DNA of 64,000 nucleotides from Podarcis filfolensis (Eukaryota), in assembly GCA_964270895.1 (NCBI GenBank), contig OZ185436.1. One strand, 5' to 3'. Under the pieces are notes generated by a model. It made no database searches and was not told where the DNA came from. It saw nothing but the letters and a program-made list of their open reading frames with translations. Every line of letters starts with the position of its first letter. Position 1 is the first letter of the stretch. The position numbers and the translations under genes are program-made. Shown here piece after piece: positions 12,440 through 25,849 of this stretch.

Positions 12440-13220
12440 ATGCAGTAAAGTTGAGACAATACTACTGGTACGCCAGCTGAGACCTGTCTATGCATGGCCT
12501 GGGTAGTACATGCTCGGTTAACTCCCGCTTGGACTACAGTGGTACCTCAGGTTACATATGCTTCAGGTTACAGACTCCGCTAACCCAGAAATAGTACCTT
12601 GGGTTAAGAACTTTGCTTCAGGATGAGAACAGAAATCGTGCTCCGGCGGCAGCGGGAGGCCCCATTAGCTAAAGTGGTGCTTCAGGTTAAGAACGGACCT
12701 CTGGAACGAATTAAGTACTTAACCCGAGGTACCACTGTACTGCAATGCGCTCTATGTGACTTGGAAACAACAACTAATCCAGAATGGGGCAGGTAGACTG
12801 GTGACAGGGAGCGGCTGCCAGGATCATATAACCCCAGTCTAAAAGAAGTGTGTTGGCTCCCAGTATGTTTCTGAGCACAATTCAAAGTGTTGGTGCTGAC
12901 CTTTAAATCCCTATATGGCTTTGGCCCTGTATGCTTGAAAGAGCATCTCCACCACCATCTTCTAGCCGGACACTGAGATCCAGCTCTGAGGGCCTTCTGG
13001 TGGTTCTCTCATTGTAAGAGTTGAGGTTACAGGGAACCGGGCATCTGTGGAATGCCCTCCCAGCAGATGTCAAACAGCCATGTGATTTTTAAAAGACATC
13101 TGAAGGCAGCCCTGTTCAGGGAAATTTTTGTGTTTGATGTTGTATTGTGCTTTTACTATTTTTTGTTGGGAGCCACCCAGAGTGGGCAGCATATAAATAA
13201 TGAGCAGCATATAAATAATA
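12440..13220 (+). mobile_element. L2 LINE 3' portion, interrupted by a mariner MITE
   Basis: cgcttggactac[MITE]tgcaatgcg encodes RLDYCNA. gcacaattcaaagtgttggtgctgacc encodes AQFKVLVLT. Ends in a tail with a duplicated gcagcatataaataat. Confidence 0.8.
12537..12737 (+). mobile_element. Tc1/mariner (Tigger-like) MITE
   Basis: TIR CAGTGGTACCTC(A/G)GGTTA / TAACCCGAGGTACCACTG with TA TSDs at both ends. Confidence 0.92.
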
Positions 13221-14984
13221 AATTAGTATTATTAATAATAATATTCCCTTTAAAGAAACAATTTCTCAGTGACAAAATACCAATAAAGCTTTCTGCATTT
13301 CCTGCCGTGCCCCTCCCCTGCAATTCTTTGGCCATAATTATATTCACATTTCCTTCTTAGTTTAGATTTGTTTCCATGCTTTATGTGTTATTAGCCTTCC
13401 CAGTTCTGGGTTATAAAGCTCTCTTATTTTATTTTATTTAAACAAAAGTCTTGTCTAGTTTGCTCATCTGCTTATGGTATCACATACGAGGTTAGTAAAG
13501 CATGTACCGTATGTGCAGAAGGGGGAGACACAGAGCAGCATGGCTGTCTTCTAACAACAAGCAGTATTCTGTATCAAAGCACCCCACATCTATACAGGTA
13601 CTTTTACCTTGGGAACTGGAAATAGTGCAGAGGAAAAAATAATGGAGTTGGGGCAGCTTTTAGGTTTGCAACCTGTATTCAAACAAAAGAATGATTGGTT
13701 TTGAATGAATTTTAGCATAATTTCCCCCCTTTAAACATGGAACATTCTTATTTTGGTCAGGATGAAATATAAGGGATTGGGTGTTCCATATGAAAAGTGT
13801 GTTCTAGAAAGCCGTGGATTTTTGGAAAACTGGAAATTGTCAAAATTCTGTTCTGTAGAGCTGTGTATAATTGAATAGGGTAGCATAAGTGTGCCTTAGG
13901 GTGGGGCTCCTTTATGGACTCCTTTATGGCAATCATTAAACTTGGTCATAGGTTGATTTGTACAGGAATACAATGCAATAATTGTTGACTTTCAAGTTGA
14001 ACCTTATTTCCTGGCAAACAGGAAATATTTTATTGCTGCTGTATCTAGTCTTTGTCTGCATCAGAACTGTAATAGGGTCAGGTCTGATTTGAACATTATT
14101 TACTTGCTCATTATGGATGGATGAAATGTTTCCATGTGGCATTCAAAGTTCATATTGTACATACCAAATTGGCAGAATCTCATAGAACATCATGCCAATA
14201 TTAGATGCTCTGTAAGACTGATATGGTGACATTGCATGCAGTTGGAATGACTGAGGTGCTGAGCCTAATACAAACTTTACTTTCTGCTGTGCGGAGTGCT
14301 GTCACAGATATATTTTATTAGTCTCCGCTTGTGGCCTTAGTAGATCTGAATCAGCACAGAATAGTTGCAGCCCCCCTAGAGGCGGACTTGATTATTGGTG
14401 CATGTGTTTTCAAAGGTAACAGCCTCAAGCCAGAGATATATTTTTTTTGGTACAAGCAACCCATCTTAAACCTAAACACATTTTCTCAGAAGCAAGTCCC
14501 TTTGATTTCAGTGGTGCTTTCAAGGTATGCTTAGACTCTCAGTCGTTGCATAAAAAAGACTTGTCTGATGCATAAGGTATGAATCTGCAACTCTGCTCTT
14601 CTGAATCCTTATTCCCACTTTGCTACCACTGTATTTCTTCTTTGAGCCTGTGCTTGCAACCACCGACGTGAACTCTACAGATCTGTTCTACATTTGGGAG
14701 ACTAGGCTGAATTCATCTTTCCTTGTCACTGCCGAGTGCATCTAAAAATTGATCCATTCGATTTTACCAGATTTGGGTCAACCTTATGGTACACCCTCTG
14801 GTTCTTCCTCTTGCCTTTGATGCAGACAAAAGTCACACACACAAAAGGACCTGCAATTGGCTCTTGTAAGAGTCTTATTAATCCTGAGCCATCAGCAGAG
14901 ATTCAGAGTGCAATAGTGTATATCCTTTCTGAAAAAATTGTAACATTATGTATTCCTTTCATCTTGCTACCCAGGTCATAAATT

Positions 14985-15055
14985 CATAGAATTGTTGAGT
15001 TGGAAGGGACTCCAAGGGTAATTTAGTCCAGGCTCCTGCAGTGCAGGTCCCCTTT
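14985..15055 (-). mobile_element. CR1-type 3' tail fragment
   Basis: catagaattgttgagttggaagggactccaagggtaatttagtcca is the reverse complement of the CR1 3' UTR end. Confidence 0.6.
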
Positions 15056-17469
15056 AGGAGTTTTCTGAACAGTGGGTACAATAAACCCAATCTGTTGGGG
15101 CTGTTGCAAATTCATTAGTTTTCAGAAAACATGGTAAACAGGAACAGAATTTTTAAAGGAGAGCACTATGTATTGTGTTTAACCACAATTTTTGAGTCCA
15201 TAGTGTTGATTCTCATATTTTTCCCCCTCATACCTAAATTTTGGATAGCAGCTTACAAACAGCCGTCTGTAGCTTGAACCTCTCTAACTCATTTGGGGAT
15301 GAGAGTCATTCATTTTTGGCCTTATTTTTGAGCATTTTAAGCTGTCACAGCTTGGCAGGTCTAGTGGCTGCAATGTCAAGATTGTGAATTATCCTGCTGG
15401 TAATTGTTTTCTGATTCGTCAAAGTGATAGATGATGATGAAAGAAAATGGCAAATAATCATAAATGGGGAATTTTCAAGGATGCCCCTGAAAAGTGCAAG
15501 TTCTGAAATGAAACACATGTGGGCTTGCTTATTAATGGGTCACCTTTACTGTCTGAGCTTAAAGAAAGAAATGTTCTTAAGCATCCAGAGATGGGGTTGG
15601 GGACCCAGATGATTGGAAAACCAGCCTGTGAGCTAACATGCAGAATTAGTTAACAGCAGACTCCCAGGGAGAGAGTAAGATGGAGGCATGAAAGCAAAAC
15701 AAAATTTTCAATGCTTCCTGACTTGAATTGGTTTCTTTAATTTATGTTTGCAGGGACATCAGCCCTGTTGGCTTCAGAGCACCAGTGACAGTTGTGTGGT
15801 TGAGTATGCAATCCTAAACCCTCTTACTCGGAAGTAAGCCACATTTAAGTCAATGGGACTTTTTCTGAGTAGACATGTATAGTGTTGCTTCTATTAAAAT
15901 GTTAGGGATAAGTGTGTCATCCTACCTGTGTTTTGTGCTTCATAGCAATCCCATATTGAATGTGATCTGTCAGGCAGATGATATACTGCACAATCTGAGC
16001 AAGTTGAGTGCTGGTGTGGATGTTGTTTTTTTGGCAGGCTTGCAAATGCTCTTCCCCAATCTGCTTCCATGTATTTCACAGGCATACTAAGATACATGAT
16101 CTGATTTATTGAATATGAAATAATAACACAACCAAATCTTTCTGAATTGTCTTTTGTATTGCATTTGCCTATTGCTCCAAAGTGTGTATCTTGTAAATAT
16201 TTGAGTGTTTTTGCTTCCCTTTCTGTAAGCAGTGGAAATTTCAGAATGGCAGTGGTTGTTTTCCCATCAAAGTGAGAGCATTGGAGTGGGTCTTTGTATT
16301 TACAAACAAACATACAGGGCAGGATTAGAAGTCATTCTAACAGAAGCCTGCACAGAGGCTTCTGCTAGTGCACCAGATCTTTCTCCTCCTTTCCTTTCTG
16401 TACAGAGCCTGATACTGGCTGTGGGGCAGTCTATATTGCTATATATATCTGCAGCACTTTTTAGTTCTTTGTTTACTTTGCTGCTGGATCTTTGATTGTC
16501 TAGCTTGCTCCTGGATTGTTAGCCCGCTCTGCATAATTAGCTGAGTTCTGAAAGTTTTTGGGGTGAGAGCAGGAAGTTCTGCTGAAATAGGTGGGGTTTA
16601 AAGTTGGCTGCAGTGGAGAGCTTCTATCAGGGAGGGGAGGACAACAAAGCAGGGAGACAGGTGACTGTCTTCTTGCTGAGGAAAGTAGCAAGAAACATAA
16701 AGGTGAAGCTGAAAGAGTTTGCTGGTTTATGTGAGGGCTTATCCTCATTTCTTATCAGTTAAGAGGGAGGAGGGAGAGAGCAAACAAAGCCAGCACACTA
16801 TCTGCAAAGTATCTGTAAAGTATTGGTTCAGCTGAGCTATCCCCTGGGAAGCTGTCAAGTCTCAGCCTTTTGTTCACCAATATATTGCCTTGTTGAAACA
16901 CTTATCACAATGTTATTTCAATACTGGTATTCAGCTGCACAGCCCTAGTCTGGAGCCTGTGGGAGAAGGAGAAAGGGAATTGTTTCATCTGGTAAACTGA
17001 AAGGCTCTGCTAAATTCCTCTCACAATTTCAGAGAAAGGGATAGAGAGCTGCAGCACCCAGTGCAGACAGCACTGGTTCTGAACCCAGTAGAGTACATTA
17101 GTCTGCTCCATTAATCCTCTTTTCCTAATGTCAAATCTCTATCCTATTTCTTTCTGTTAATAACCTGATTGCTAAAGCAATAGCTCAGACAGAACTAGTA
17201 CAGCTATTCCTTTTTTTCACTGCTGCCTGAAGGTATCTTGTTCTCTCAAATAACTCTGTGTTTCTCCTTGCTGTCCCTTGTTCATGGATTCCCCGCCCCC
17301 CAGAACAATCTTCTGGTTCTACCTCTCTCTTCTTCCAAATCCTTCCTCCATATAGTTCTTGATTATCTGTCCAGTCATCCTTAAATGTGTGTTACTGCCC
17401 TTGCTCAACTTCAGCTCTTATTGCCCTTGCCCCTCATATCCATTCTCTTCCATTGTTGAGCTTTCGTTC

Positions 17470-17590
17470 AGAGGTGGTAGCCACAGAGGTCTATGGACTA
17501 CAGCTCCCATAATCATTGACCATGCTGGTTGAGACTGATGAGAGGCGGGAGTCCAACAACATCTAGAGGACCACAGGTTAACCACCCCTG
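17470..17590. mobile_element. Degraded palindromic hAT-type MITE
   Basis: ggactacagctcccataatc...gagtccaacaacatctagaggaccacaggttaaccacccctg; same architecture as the other MITEs. Confidence 0.6.
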
Positions 17591-18479
17591 CTTTAGAGTG
17601 TAGGCTCCTGCCCTGGCTGCTTTCATTTCTACTTATGCGGTAAAGCACCATTTGCATTATTGCTACATTCTCTCATATAAAAGCAATTTCCAACATTTCA
17701 TTGCATTGTAGCATGATCAGGAAATGAAAAGCAGAGCTATGCAGTTTGGAATTGGTTTAATTCTTAGTGGTTCTCATTGCATTTTATGATGTAGAGTTAT
17801 AGGGATTCATCCAGGAAGATGGTTGAGAAAAGACCAACACCTGTACTGGGGTAGCTGTTTTTATGGGAGGAGACTGTCATGGTAACATCTGCATTAGATA
17901 TATGGTGAAGTGCACAAAGCCCCCCTCGGCCAGTGCAGTAGGGTGTGTCATTTTAGGAGGTGAAACTTAACTTTCGCAAATTTCTTCAGTGAGGGGTCTT
18001 TAAAATATGTTTTTAATGAATTCAATTCTTATTTTTTGATTGAATAACATTTAGCTTGGTAAATTATGTTTGATTAGAAAGCACATAAACTGCTCTTGGA
18101 AAGCCAAAGAACTTTAATTTTGCCTTCCGAAAATGTCAGGAAGTGCTATAAAAATTTTTGTTTCTCTGCATAAAACATATCCTTTTAAGCATACAACATT
18201 ACCTTGTAATCATAAGACAATGTTAGAAAGTAATCAGACATCAGACACTCCCGTTTATTCTGCATCCAATACACTCCCACCATTGATTTTGGAAGTGGTA
18301 TACACAAGGTTTGATCTGAACCAGCTTTGATCCGAATTCAGAAAAAGCCCAGGCTGGCCTCTACCGCTGCCAGCACCGATGCCAGAGGGAAACCGCGGTG
18401 TCTGGCGCACCTATCGAGGGAGCCACAGCCTCCCTTCCCACCCAACAACCCCGTGGAGCTCCGAGGCTGGAGGGACCTC

Positions 18480-18980
18480 AGAGCCAGAGCAACAAAAACT
18501 TGAAACCACACAAAGCCCCAGGCCCAGACGGCTTCACAGCAGAATTCTATAGGAAATTCAAAGAACCCCTGATGACCTACATGACCCGCCTATTCAATGA
18601 CATCATGAAAGGGGGGCCCATCCCCAAAACCTGGACCCACTCCAAAATAGTCTCCATCCCAAAACCACTGAAAGACAGCCTCAAAGTAGAATCATATCGC
18701 CCAATCTCATTAATAAACGAAGACTACAAGATATTCACAACAATCTTGGCCAACCGCCTAAAAATCTTATGCAAGTTAATAGCTCCAGACCAGACTGGCT
18801 TTGTCCCTGGTCACAATATTACTGAACCTGATCAAACACAGCAAGGCAACTAAACTCCCACTGACAATTATGTCCCTAGACATCCTCAAAGCTTTTGATT
18901 GCTTAGAATGGAAATACCTATTAGCAGTACTAATTAGCATGAAATTTGGTCCCAACTTCCTACAAATCCTCAAACAAATA
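18480..18980 (+). mobile_element. L1/Tx1-type LINE ORF2 RT fragment
   Basis: KAPGPDGFTAEFYRKF...YRPISLINEDYKIFTTILANRLK...QTGFVPG; second frame SLDILKAFDCLEW. Frameshifted. Confidence 0.92.
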
Positions 18981-19085
18981 TACCGTATTTTTCGCACCAT
19001 AGGGCGCACCGGACCATAGGGCACACCCAGTTTTTAGCGGGGGGGGGGGGGAATTAAGAAAAAAAATATTTTTTCCCCCGAGCCC
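18981..19085 (+). mobile_element. Truncated mariner-type MITE left end
   Basis: TA-CCGTATTTTTCGCACCATAGGGCGCACC terminus. No matching right end found. Confidence 0.6.
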
Positions 19086-19089
19086 CAAA

Positions 19090-20950
19090 GAGCAGCCACT
19101 ATGGAACTTGCATGGGCTTGTCAGTGGACTTCTATACTTTGGCTGTAGTAAGTTTACATGTCAAAGGAGGTTCATATACCCAGTTAGCTATCAGCTCCAA
19201 CAGGAACAAAGCACAGGGGTTGATGAAATATGTCTTCCTTGGACGTACAGAAATGCCTCCCAGTATGTCATCATCTCCGCCCCTTAAGTCAACAATCTTT
19301 TGGACACCAGCTCTCCTCTCTTCACTGTCATCTGAGCACAAGAGTGTCTGGATTATCATTTCGCTGAATGCATACCATGCTGAGCACTAAGTGGTTGGCA
19401 GAACAGCATCCACTACAGCCGCCTTTTGTAGCTGAAACAAGATGCAGCGTGCGCCTTCCACCCAATAGTGTTTTACTGTGATGTTGAACCAGCAGGGGTG
19501 GTATACACAAACAATGTATTCCACTCTCAGTCTTAAATTGTTGAGGGTTTTGCTTTAAGTCTTTTTTGAAACCCATATGCAACGAAGCCCGTTTGCTGCT
19601 GTTACCACCTTGAATAGTTCACTGGACCAATGTCTAGAAGAGCCAGATCTGTGGGATGTTTTTCTGTCCTTATGGCCTGTGTGATCTGATACTCGTACAC
19701 TTAATCAGTAGACAGATCCTTAACAACATTGTCACTCAGTGAAATAAGAGGCTCTCCAATTGAGAGTTGGGTGAATGAAGGATCAAATTCAAGTTCTGCA
19801 GCAGTGTCTAGCATCTTGCCACTGCTACCTGTCCACTTGCTGTTAGATAAGGTCTTCCCATCAAATGCTGTGATCAAGTGTCACAGGGGTGTGGACACAA
19901 ACCAACCAGAGCAGCTTACAACCTGGTTTGACCTCTACCCAGTGCATGGTACCACCCACCCAGCCAGTGTTAGCATTTGTAGAATCACCTCCAATGGCCT
20001 GCAGGCTCTTATCAATGCCCTTCTTCATGAAATCTACAGTATAATTAGCAATAATGTCAGCTGGTTTCGCCCTATTTGAACCTTTCTCTGGAGTGAAGTG
20101 GTAGAGATACCTTCCACCACTGCTGATCTGAATTGTCTTCTTTCAGCATATCTTTAGTTGTATCTTCACGGACGTCTAAAAAGATGTAGTCAGTTTCATC
20201 CTTCTGACACAGATAATCAAATTCCTGATCCAGGGATTTTGTTACTTTTTCTTGGTCCCTCTTGACTTTATTGTGATCAATTACAAGTCCTTTGTGTTCT
20301 TCAGTGATCAAGCCAGCATCCACAAAGGCAGCAGTGGTGATGGCAGCTGTTGCATGTAGGCCAGCACCCTATCTAATGCTATGCATAGCAACATTATATA
20401 TTTCAAATGTGTTGTATACATTTTTCTAATTAAAATGTTATTTTTTGAAGTATTAGAAGTGGACGGTATACTTGGTTTTCCTAATGTCAATTAATAACTT
20501 CCATCATTTCCATCTTGGGCATCAGCTATTTGTTCTTCATTTTAATCAGCAGAGAAAATAATTTCATTTGATGGTATTGAAGCATCCTGCTTTCTTCTCT
20601 GCTTATATTCAGCAAGACTTATTCTCTCATCTTCTTGCCACTTGCTTTTTTACTTGTCTTTTATACCCAGGCAGATCTGGCAAGCCAGACTAATGTGATC
20701 CAATCATTTTTAATGATTTTAATGCAATTTTTTAAAAGATTCCCATTTGTTTTTTAATATGACAATTTAAAAATTACTGGAAATTCCACAAAAATGTTAA
20801 AAGGTCATTATTTTCTATGGAGCTATATACCAAGCAAAACTAAATTACATTAATTTAACCAAAATATCATTTAAATTCCCAAGTGATGCTACAACTTTTT
20901 AGCACCCCTCATTTTTGGAATTTGAAAGTTGAAAAATTCAACACGCCCTA
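19090..20950 (-). mobile_element. Decayed DNA transposon with hAT-related (hATm-like) DDE transposase remnant
   Basis: Minus-strand pieces in order: DAGLITEEHKGLVIDHNKVKR, IFLDVREDTTK, KSLQAIGGDSTNANTGWVGGTMHWVE..LLWLVC, DGKTLSNSKWTG, QTLLCSDDSEERRAGVQKIVDLRG, YEPPLTCKLTTAKV. Terminus TAGGGCGTG at 20950. Subfamily name is from memory. Confidence 0.72.
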
Positions 20951-22126
20951 CCAGGGCAGCCCTCTGCGAACCAAACCTAACCAGTATGGCTCTTGACCAT
21001 CATCATGCAAATATCTCTGCTGGCTGTAAGATAACCCAGAAAGTTATTCCTACCATGATAGCTTTCATGCAGTGGGACCTTGTATTTTCTCTATGCATTC
21101 TTTTGGTTTCCTGTTCGTGTTGTTATCACTTAGGATGCTGAGCTGATAGCCAGAAAAGCTTTGGAGAACATAGTGCGGGGGTGGGGGTGGGGAGGATTTG
21201 CGGTGTTGCTGCTTCTCTCAGTTGGCCAAGAGCCCTAATCAGCTTTTCTGGCTGTGCTTTCACTGTTAAAGCTTGTTATGTAGCTCTCTTGCTATGTATA
21301 GTGTGGCAATGAAGGACTTTGCCGGAAGCACCAGCTCTAATTGCACTTGTACCTGCCCTCCCCTCTGTTTCTCATAACTCTTAGCATTTCTGGCTTTTCA
21401 GCAGTTTTTCCCCTCTAGCTGCAGAATGCCCTTTCTGGAACAGGTAGCCATGGTTTGTCCCAGCAGAGGGCACTATGAGCATGCTGTTCAGTGGGTGACT
21501 TAGGCTATAAAAGGAGAGCCAAGTGTCCTTGACTTTTCTCTCTCGTTTTCATTTAGTCTTTTTGCCGTTCTTCTGACCTTTGTCTTATTCCTACAGTACA
21601 CTTCCAAGCTGTTGCTCTGTGAGCATATTACTTGAAAAATGCAGCTCCTTTCCCGTGCCTAATTGAATATGAAAGCTGGCAACTGCTTCTGATGCTTTGG
21701 TTTCCCCCTTCTGTAGTGCTGAGTCTAGCACGATCCGCTGTCCCTTTCTCAGTTTTTCCTGCATCAGCAGTGGAGCCAGGTTTAGGCTAATAGGGGTTTG
21801 GGATGGCAGGCTGATGTTTTCTGATGTTGCATGAATAACTTTGGGCAAGTTGGAAATGTGTTTTTGTAGCTGCTATTCATTGCTTTGGAACCTGCTGTTA
21901 GTCGGTGTTTTCTAGCTTCTTCCTGATTTAATCAGCTATATAAGGTAGTCTTAATTGGGTGAGTGGGGATTTATGAATGTGCCTCTGAATAAGTCTCAGG
22001 TCTCCACACCTATGAGACAAGAATGGATTGCCTAGGGTGCTCTACCTCCAAGTAATCAATTAGGAGGGGAAACTGAACCAGGATCAGTCGGACAAATAAA
22101 TATTTCTGTTTGTTCCAGTGGAAAGG

Positions 22127-22258
22127 ATGCCAAAGAAAAAGCGGAAAACTTCAGATGGGCCGGATTCCCAGAGCCAGGATCAGGGAGAAGAGTCAAGGGA
22201 ATTGTCAAATGCCATGGTTGTGGATGCATGCATTGTCATATCTGACAGTGATGGAGAG
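22127..22258 (+). CDS. UIMC1: UIMC1/RAP80 first coding exon: NLS plus SUMO-interacting motif (MPKKKRKTSDGPDSQSQDQGEESRELSNAMVVDACIVISDSDGE)
   Basis: Acceptor tttgttccag| at 22118, 8 nt of UTR, ATG at 22127, donor GAG|GTGAGT. IVISDSDGE is the RAP80 SIM. Too short to appear in the ORF track. Confidence 0.94.
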
Positions 22259-22941
22259 GTGAGTAGTCAAGAACAAACAATGCAAATTCTGACTTGAATT
22301 CTCTTTGTATACCAGTGCATTTTCTTTCCCCTCCCCCATAAAATTTTATTTTGAAATAAAGTTGGAAATATAGGCAACAAAATGAAAGAACACCACAGAA
22401 TATTATATCATGATCACTAATTAAGAGGAAACGGAAAAAGGAACTCACTGATTACTGGCCTTGGTATATCAGGCGTGGGCTGCTGGGACAATTAGAGTAT
22501 AACAGCCTGGGGACAGGGTCACTAACTACTGGATGAGTTTGGATGTCCAAACTACAGTTAGAAAAGAAATATGCATCTGTATTTGATTAGAATGCAGTCA
22601 GGTGTTTGATGGGCTTTCACAGGAGATAAGATAAACAAAAACCATGGTGTCAGAACGCCCTGTCCCCCCCAATACAATTGCTTCCTTATTGAGCAACTTC
22701 ATACATAATCATGGTCCCTCAGATTTAATCAATCTGCTAATTTATTTTTATGGGAGAGATTATTCTACCTCTCTATCTGGAGTTAGGTAGCTGGACTTTG
22801 ACACAATAGTCTATTCTGCTTAATGTATTTTTAGGAGAGCTTTGATTTATTTTTCTCTAAGTAATCATATTGTCATACTTGGAAAGAATAGGCATTTGGC
22901 ATTGGAAATAAACTCTCCACACCCCCAGTTTCCTCTCACTA

Positions 22942-23196
22942 CTGTATTGGCCTGAATATAAGCCGCATCCGCAAATAAGCTGCACCTTTAAAATTAGGTG
23001 GCTTGGGGGAGACTTGGAAGCCACGGAAGGGATGGGCACCATTGCCCTCTGCTCCCAGGCTGCTCACGGGGTGGGGGGTGGGGGGAGCCACACCACTTTG
23101 CCGGTGGCGTAAGGTCACAAATATAAGCCGCACTTTAACTTTTAATGATCGGAATTTGGGAAAAAAAATGTGCGGCTTATATTCGGGCCAATATGG
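22942..23196. mobile_element. Tc1/mariner-type MITE
   Basis: TIRs CTGTATTGGCCTGAATATAGCCGCA / TGCGGCTTATATTCGGGCCAATATGG, flanked by TA. Confidence 0.85.
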
Positions 23197-23228
23197 TATA
23201 TCCTTTTTTTGGTTTGTATTTTTTATTA

Positions 23229-23229
<1 letters not shown>

Positions 23230-23260
<31 letters not shown>
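23230..23260 (+). repeat. (CA)n microsatellite
   Basis: About 15 uninterrupted CA units. Confidence 0.97.
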
Positions 23261-23262
<2 letters not shown>

Positions 23263-23534
23263 CTCTTTGCAGTATATTTTAAACACTAAACAAAACACTT
23301 TAAACTAAAGTAGCTGCATGCTCATAGGGGGAAGAAATCTGTGTCTCATGTAATTTGACAAGACAAATCCTAGTTCGTATAGCTCAAAATTGCCACTTTG
23401 AATTTTGTGCAGAAAGTAGCTGAAAGCTGACTTGAAACACCTCTGTCAGGAGGGTGAATGTGTTCTGCATCAGCTGCAGTCACCCAGCAGTCCTCAATTC
23501 TCTGTTTACAGTTAATTACAGGAGCCTGCTTTGA

Positions 23535-23622
23535 ATCTAAGAATAGCTTGCTGGAGAAGGCCAGTGGCCCATCTAGTCCAGCATCATATTCTCACAGTCT
23601 AACCAGATGCCTGTGGAAGCTT
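23535..23622 (-). mobile_element. CR1 3' UTR end fragment
   Basis: ggccagtggcccatctagtccagcatcatattctcacagt..ccagatgcc is the reverse complement of the CR1 tail also seen at 26700-26800. Confidence 0.7.
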
Positions 23623-25849
23623 AGGAAGGGATGAACACAGGCCAGTAGATATAAATAGGTAAAAAAAAGGTTGAGGTGTTGGGGATGACACTCCAAAGTT
23701 ATTCCAGTTGTGGTATCTATTTGTTTAAAATATGCTGTAGTGATGGCTAAGTGTTGTTCAGCTGAACTTTAAGAAGATTAACAAATGACCCTGTTCAGAC
23801 AGGAGTCTCATTCTGTCCAGTGTGACATAATTATGTTTAATAGAAACCAAATGTCAAGCTTGGGGGCATTCCACAGAATTCCCTAATGACAACCTTTTAC
23901 TATTAAATAAGTGCTGGTAGCAGCATTATTCACACAGCTTACTGATTCTAGGGAAGGTCCAAATCCTTGTAAGCTAAAGCCAAGTCCAGCAAAACAACCA
24001 CCAGAGGAACTCATTTGCCATTGTATAGTTGCAGTTTTTATGGTACATCCTCACTCAGTACTTTTAAAATTTCAGGATAGCATTTTACACAATACCAAGG
24101 GATCTTGACTTCCCTACTGATTATAGATCTTGTGCCTAGTTCCTTTAGTGGCCAGTATTGATAAGCAGATAGTTATTATGTGCAAAGACTAAAAACAAAG
24201 CAAAAACCACATAAACAAAACACAAATACAAAAAATCCCACATAAGCTAAACAGAGGTTGGGGGGGACCTTTACATCAGATGATATTGAAAGTTACATCT
24301 GCATCCTTATTAGAGATCTTCCCTGCTGGGAAAATTCTTTAAAGAAATACATCATACAGCAGTGATTATTCCTTTTTGTTAAACCCCGATCTCGGCAAAT
24401 ATGCTAAGCTAACTTCAGATTTGTGCTGTGTTGCGATCTTCATATTGAAATCTGCAAGGAAAGACAAAACCAATAATGACAAGAGAGTCTACAATGCATG
24501 CAAGATCAGGACCTATTGTTGGCCACAATCTTTTACCTCAGTGTGCATATATTTGAAAATAGAGAAACAAAATAACTCTTAAAATGAATCTGTAAAAATA
24601 ATAGGCACTTTCACTTGACTGTACGTTCAGACCTATAAACAATAAATTCTTGTGGCATAATCTCTCATATTACAGTACAGGATATGCTCAGGGAGGCCAT
24701 TAAAGAGCCAATTAGGTTCTGTTTAAGTGAAAACAGTTCACAGCCAGTTGAGTAAATGGATTTATTCTGTTTGCTCTGTTTTCAGATCTGAGGCTATAAC
24801 CCTGCCTTCTCATTTTCTCTCCTGCAAAAAATACCTTTCCTGGGAATTGTGAAAAATGTGTCTGACTCCTGAAACATTTCCTCAGATTTGCCAGGCATGC
24901 AATACAAAATTCAAGTCCTGAATTCCATTGTTGCATTAAAGTAAAAGGCATGTAATAGTCTGGATAAACGACAGTTTTAGAGAGGAGTAGATTCTCAATT
25001 CTTCTGGCAGCTGCTCACATGTGGTTCCCTATGATACACAGATTTATAAGGCAGGCTTGGAAACCAGAAGTTCATTGGGCTCTTTCTTTGGCAACCTCCT
25101 GACAGGTATCTTTAGAACAAGCCTCCCATCCTCCTCTTGAGCCACGATGCTTTGTAGCAGTTGCAGCTGGAAAGTCTCCAGCAACTCGCTTTTGATGATC
25201 TCTGGCAGGCTGAGTCTCCCTGGTGTTTCTCAGTCATGCTTTGTTGTCAAACTCCTCTGTGTTATTGTGCAAACTTCTTCTTGCAGTGGGCTTTGCCATA
25301 GCATCTGTTACGGCTAATCTGAAGCAACTTTTCTGCCCAGTGGCCTGTCTAATCAATACTGATTGCCTCATAGGCTCGAGTTGCCTTTGTCTTCAACTTG
25401 TGCTATCTGTGCATATGTGATTAGACCCTTTATCAGCCTTTTACTGATATCGACAAAAAATGGTTTCTTTTCTCAGTAGAGTGTATGTAGATTGTGAAGC
25501 GATGTTAAGCTGAATTCACTCTAACATATTCGTTATATATTTATCACACCCTCCTTTAGAGAACTCAAGAGTGCTACCCTGTAAAGTAAATTAGACTGAG
25601 AGGGAAAGGAAGTTGGCACATGGCAACTCTCTATTTTATATATATATATATATACACCACTTGCATTATAGAATATCAAAGCAGCGCAGAGAAAGCCAGA
25701 AATAAGTATAAAATACACATCAGAAATAATACAATTGAAATATCAGTATAACTCCAGGAGATGATCAGCAGACAATAATTAAAAATCACATTCAGAAACT
25801 GGGTAAATGAAAAGGTCTGCATCAGAAACAGCAGATTGTAGGAGTCACA

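Noticed and set aside
18398-18853. 151-aa RT-like ORF as an active retroelement
   Set aside because: A ~500-bp frameshifted internal L1 fragment with no endonuclease domain or 3' end.
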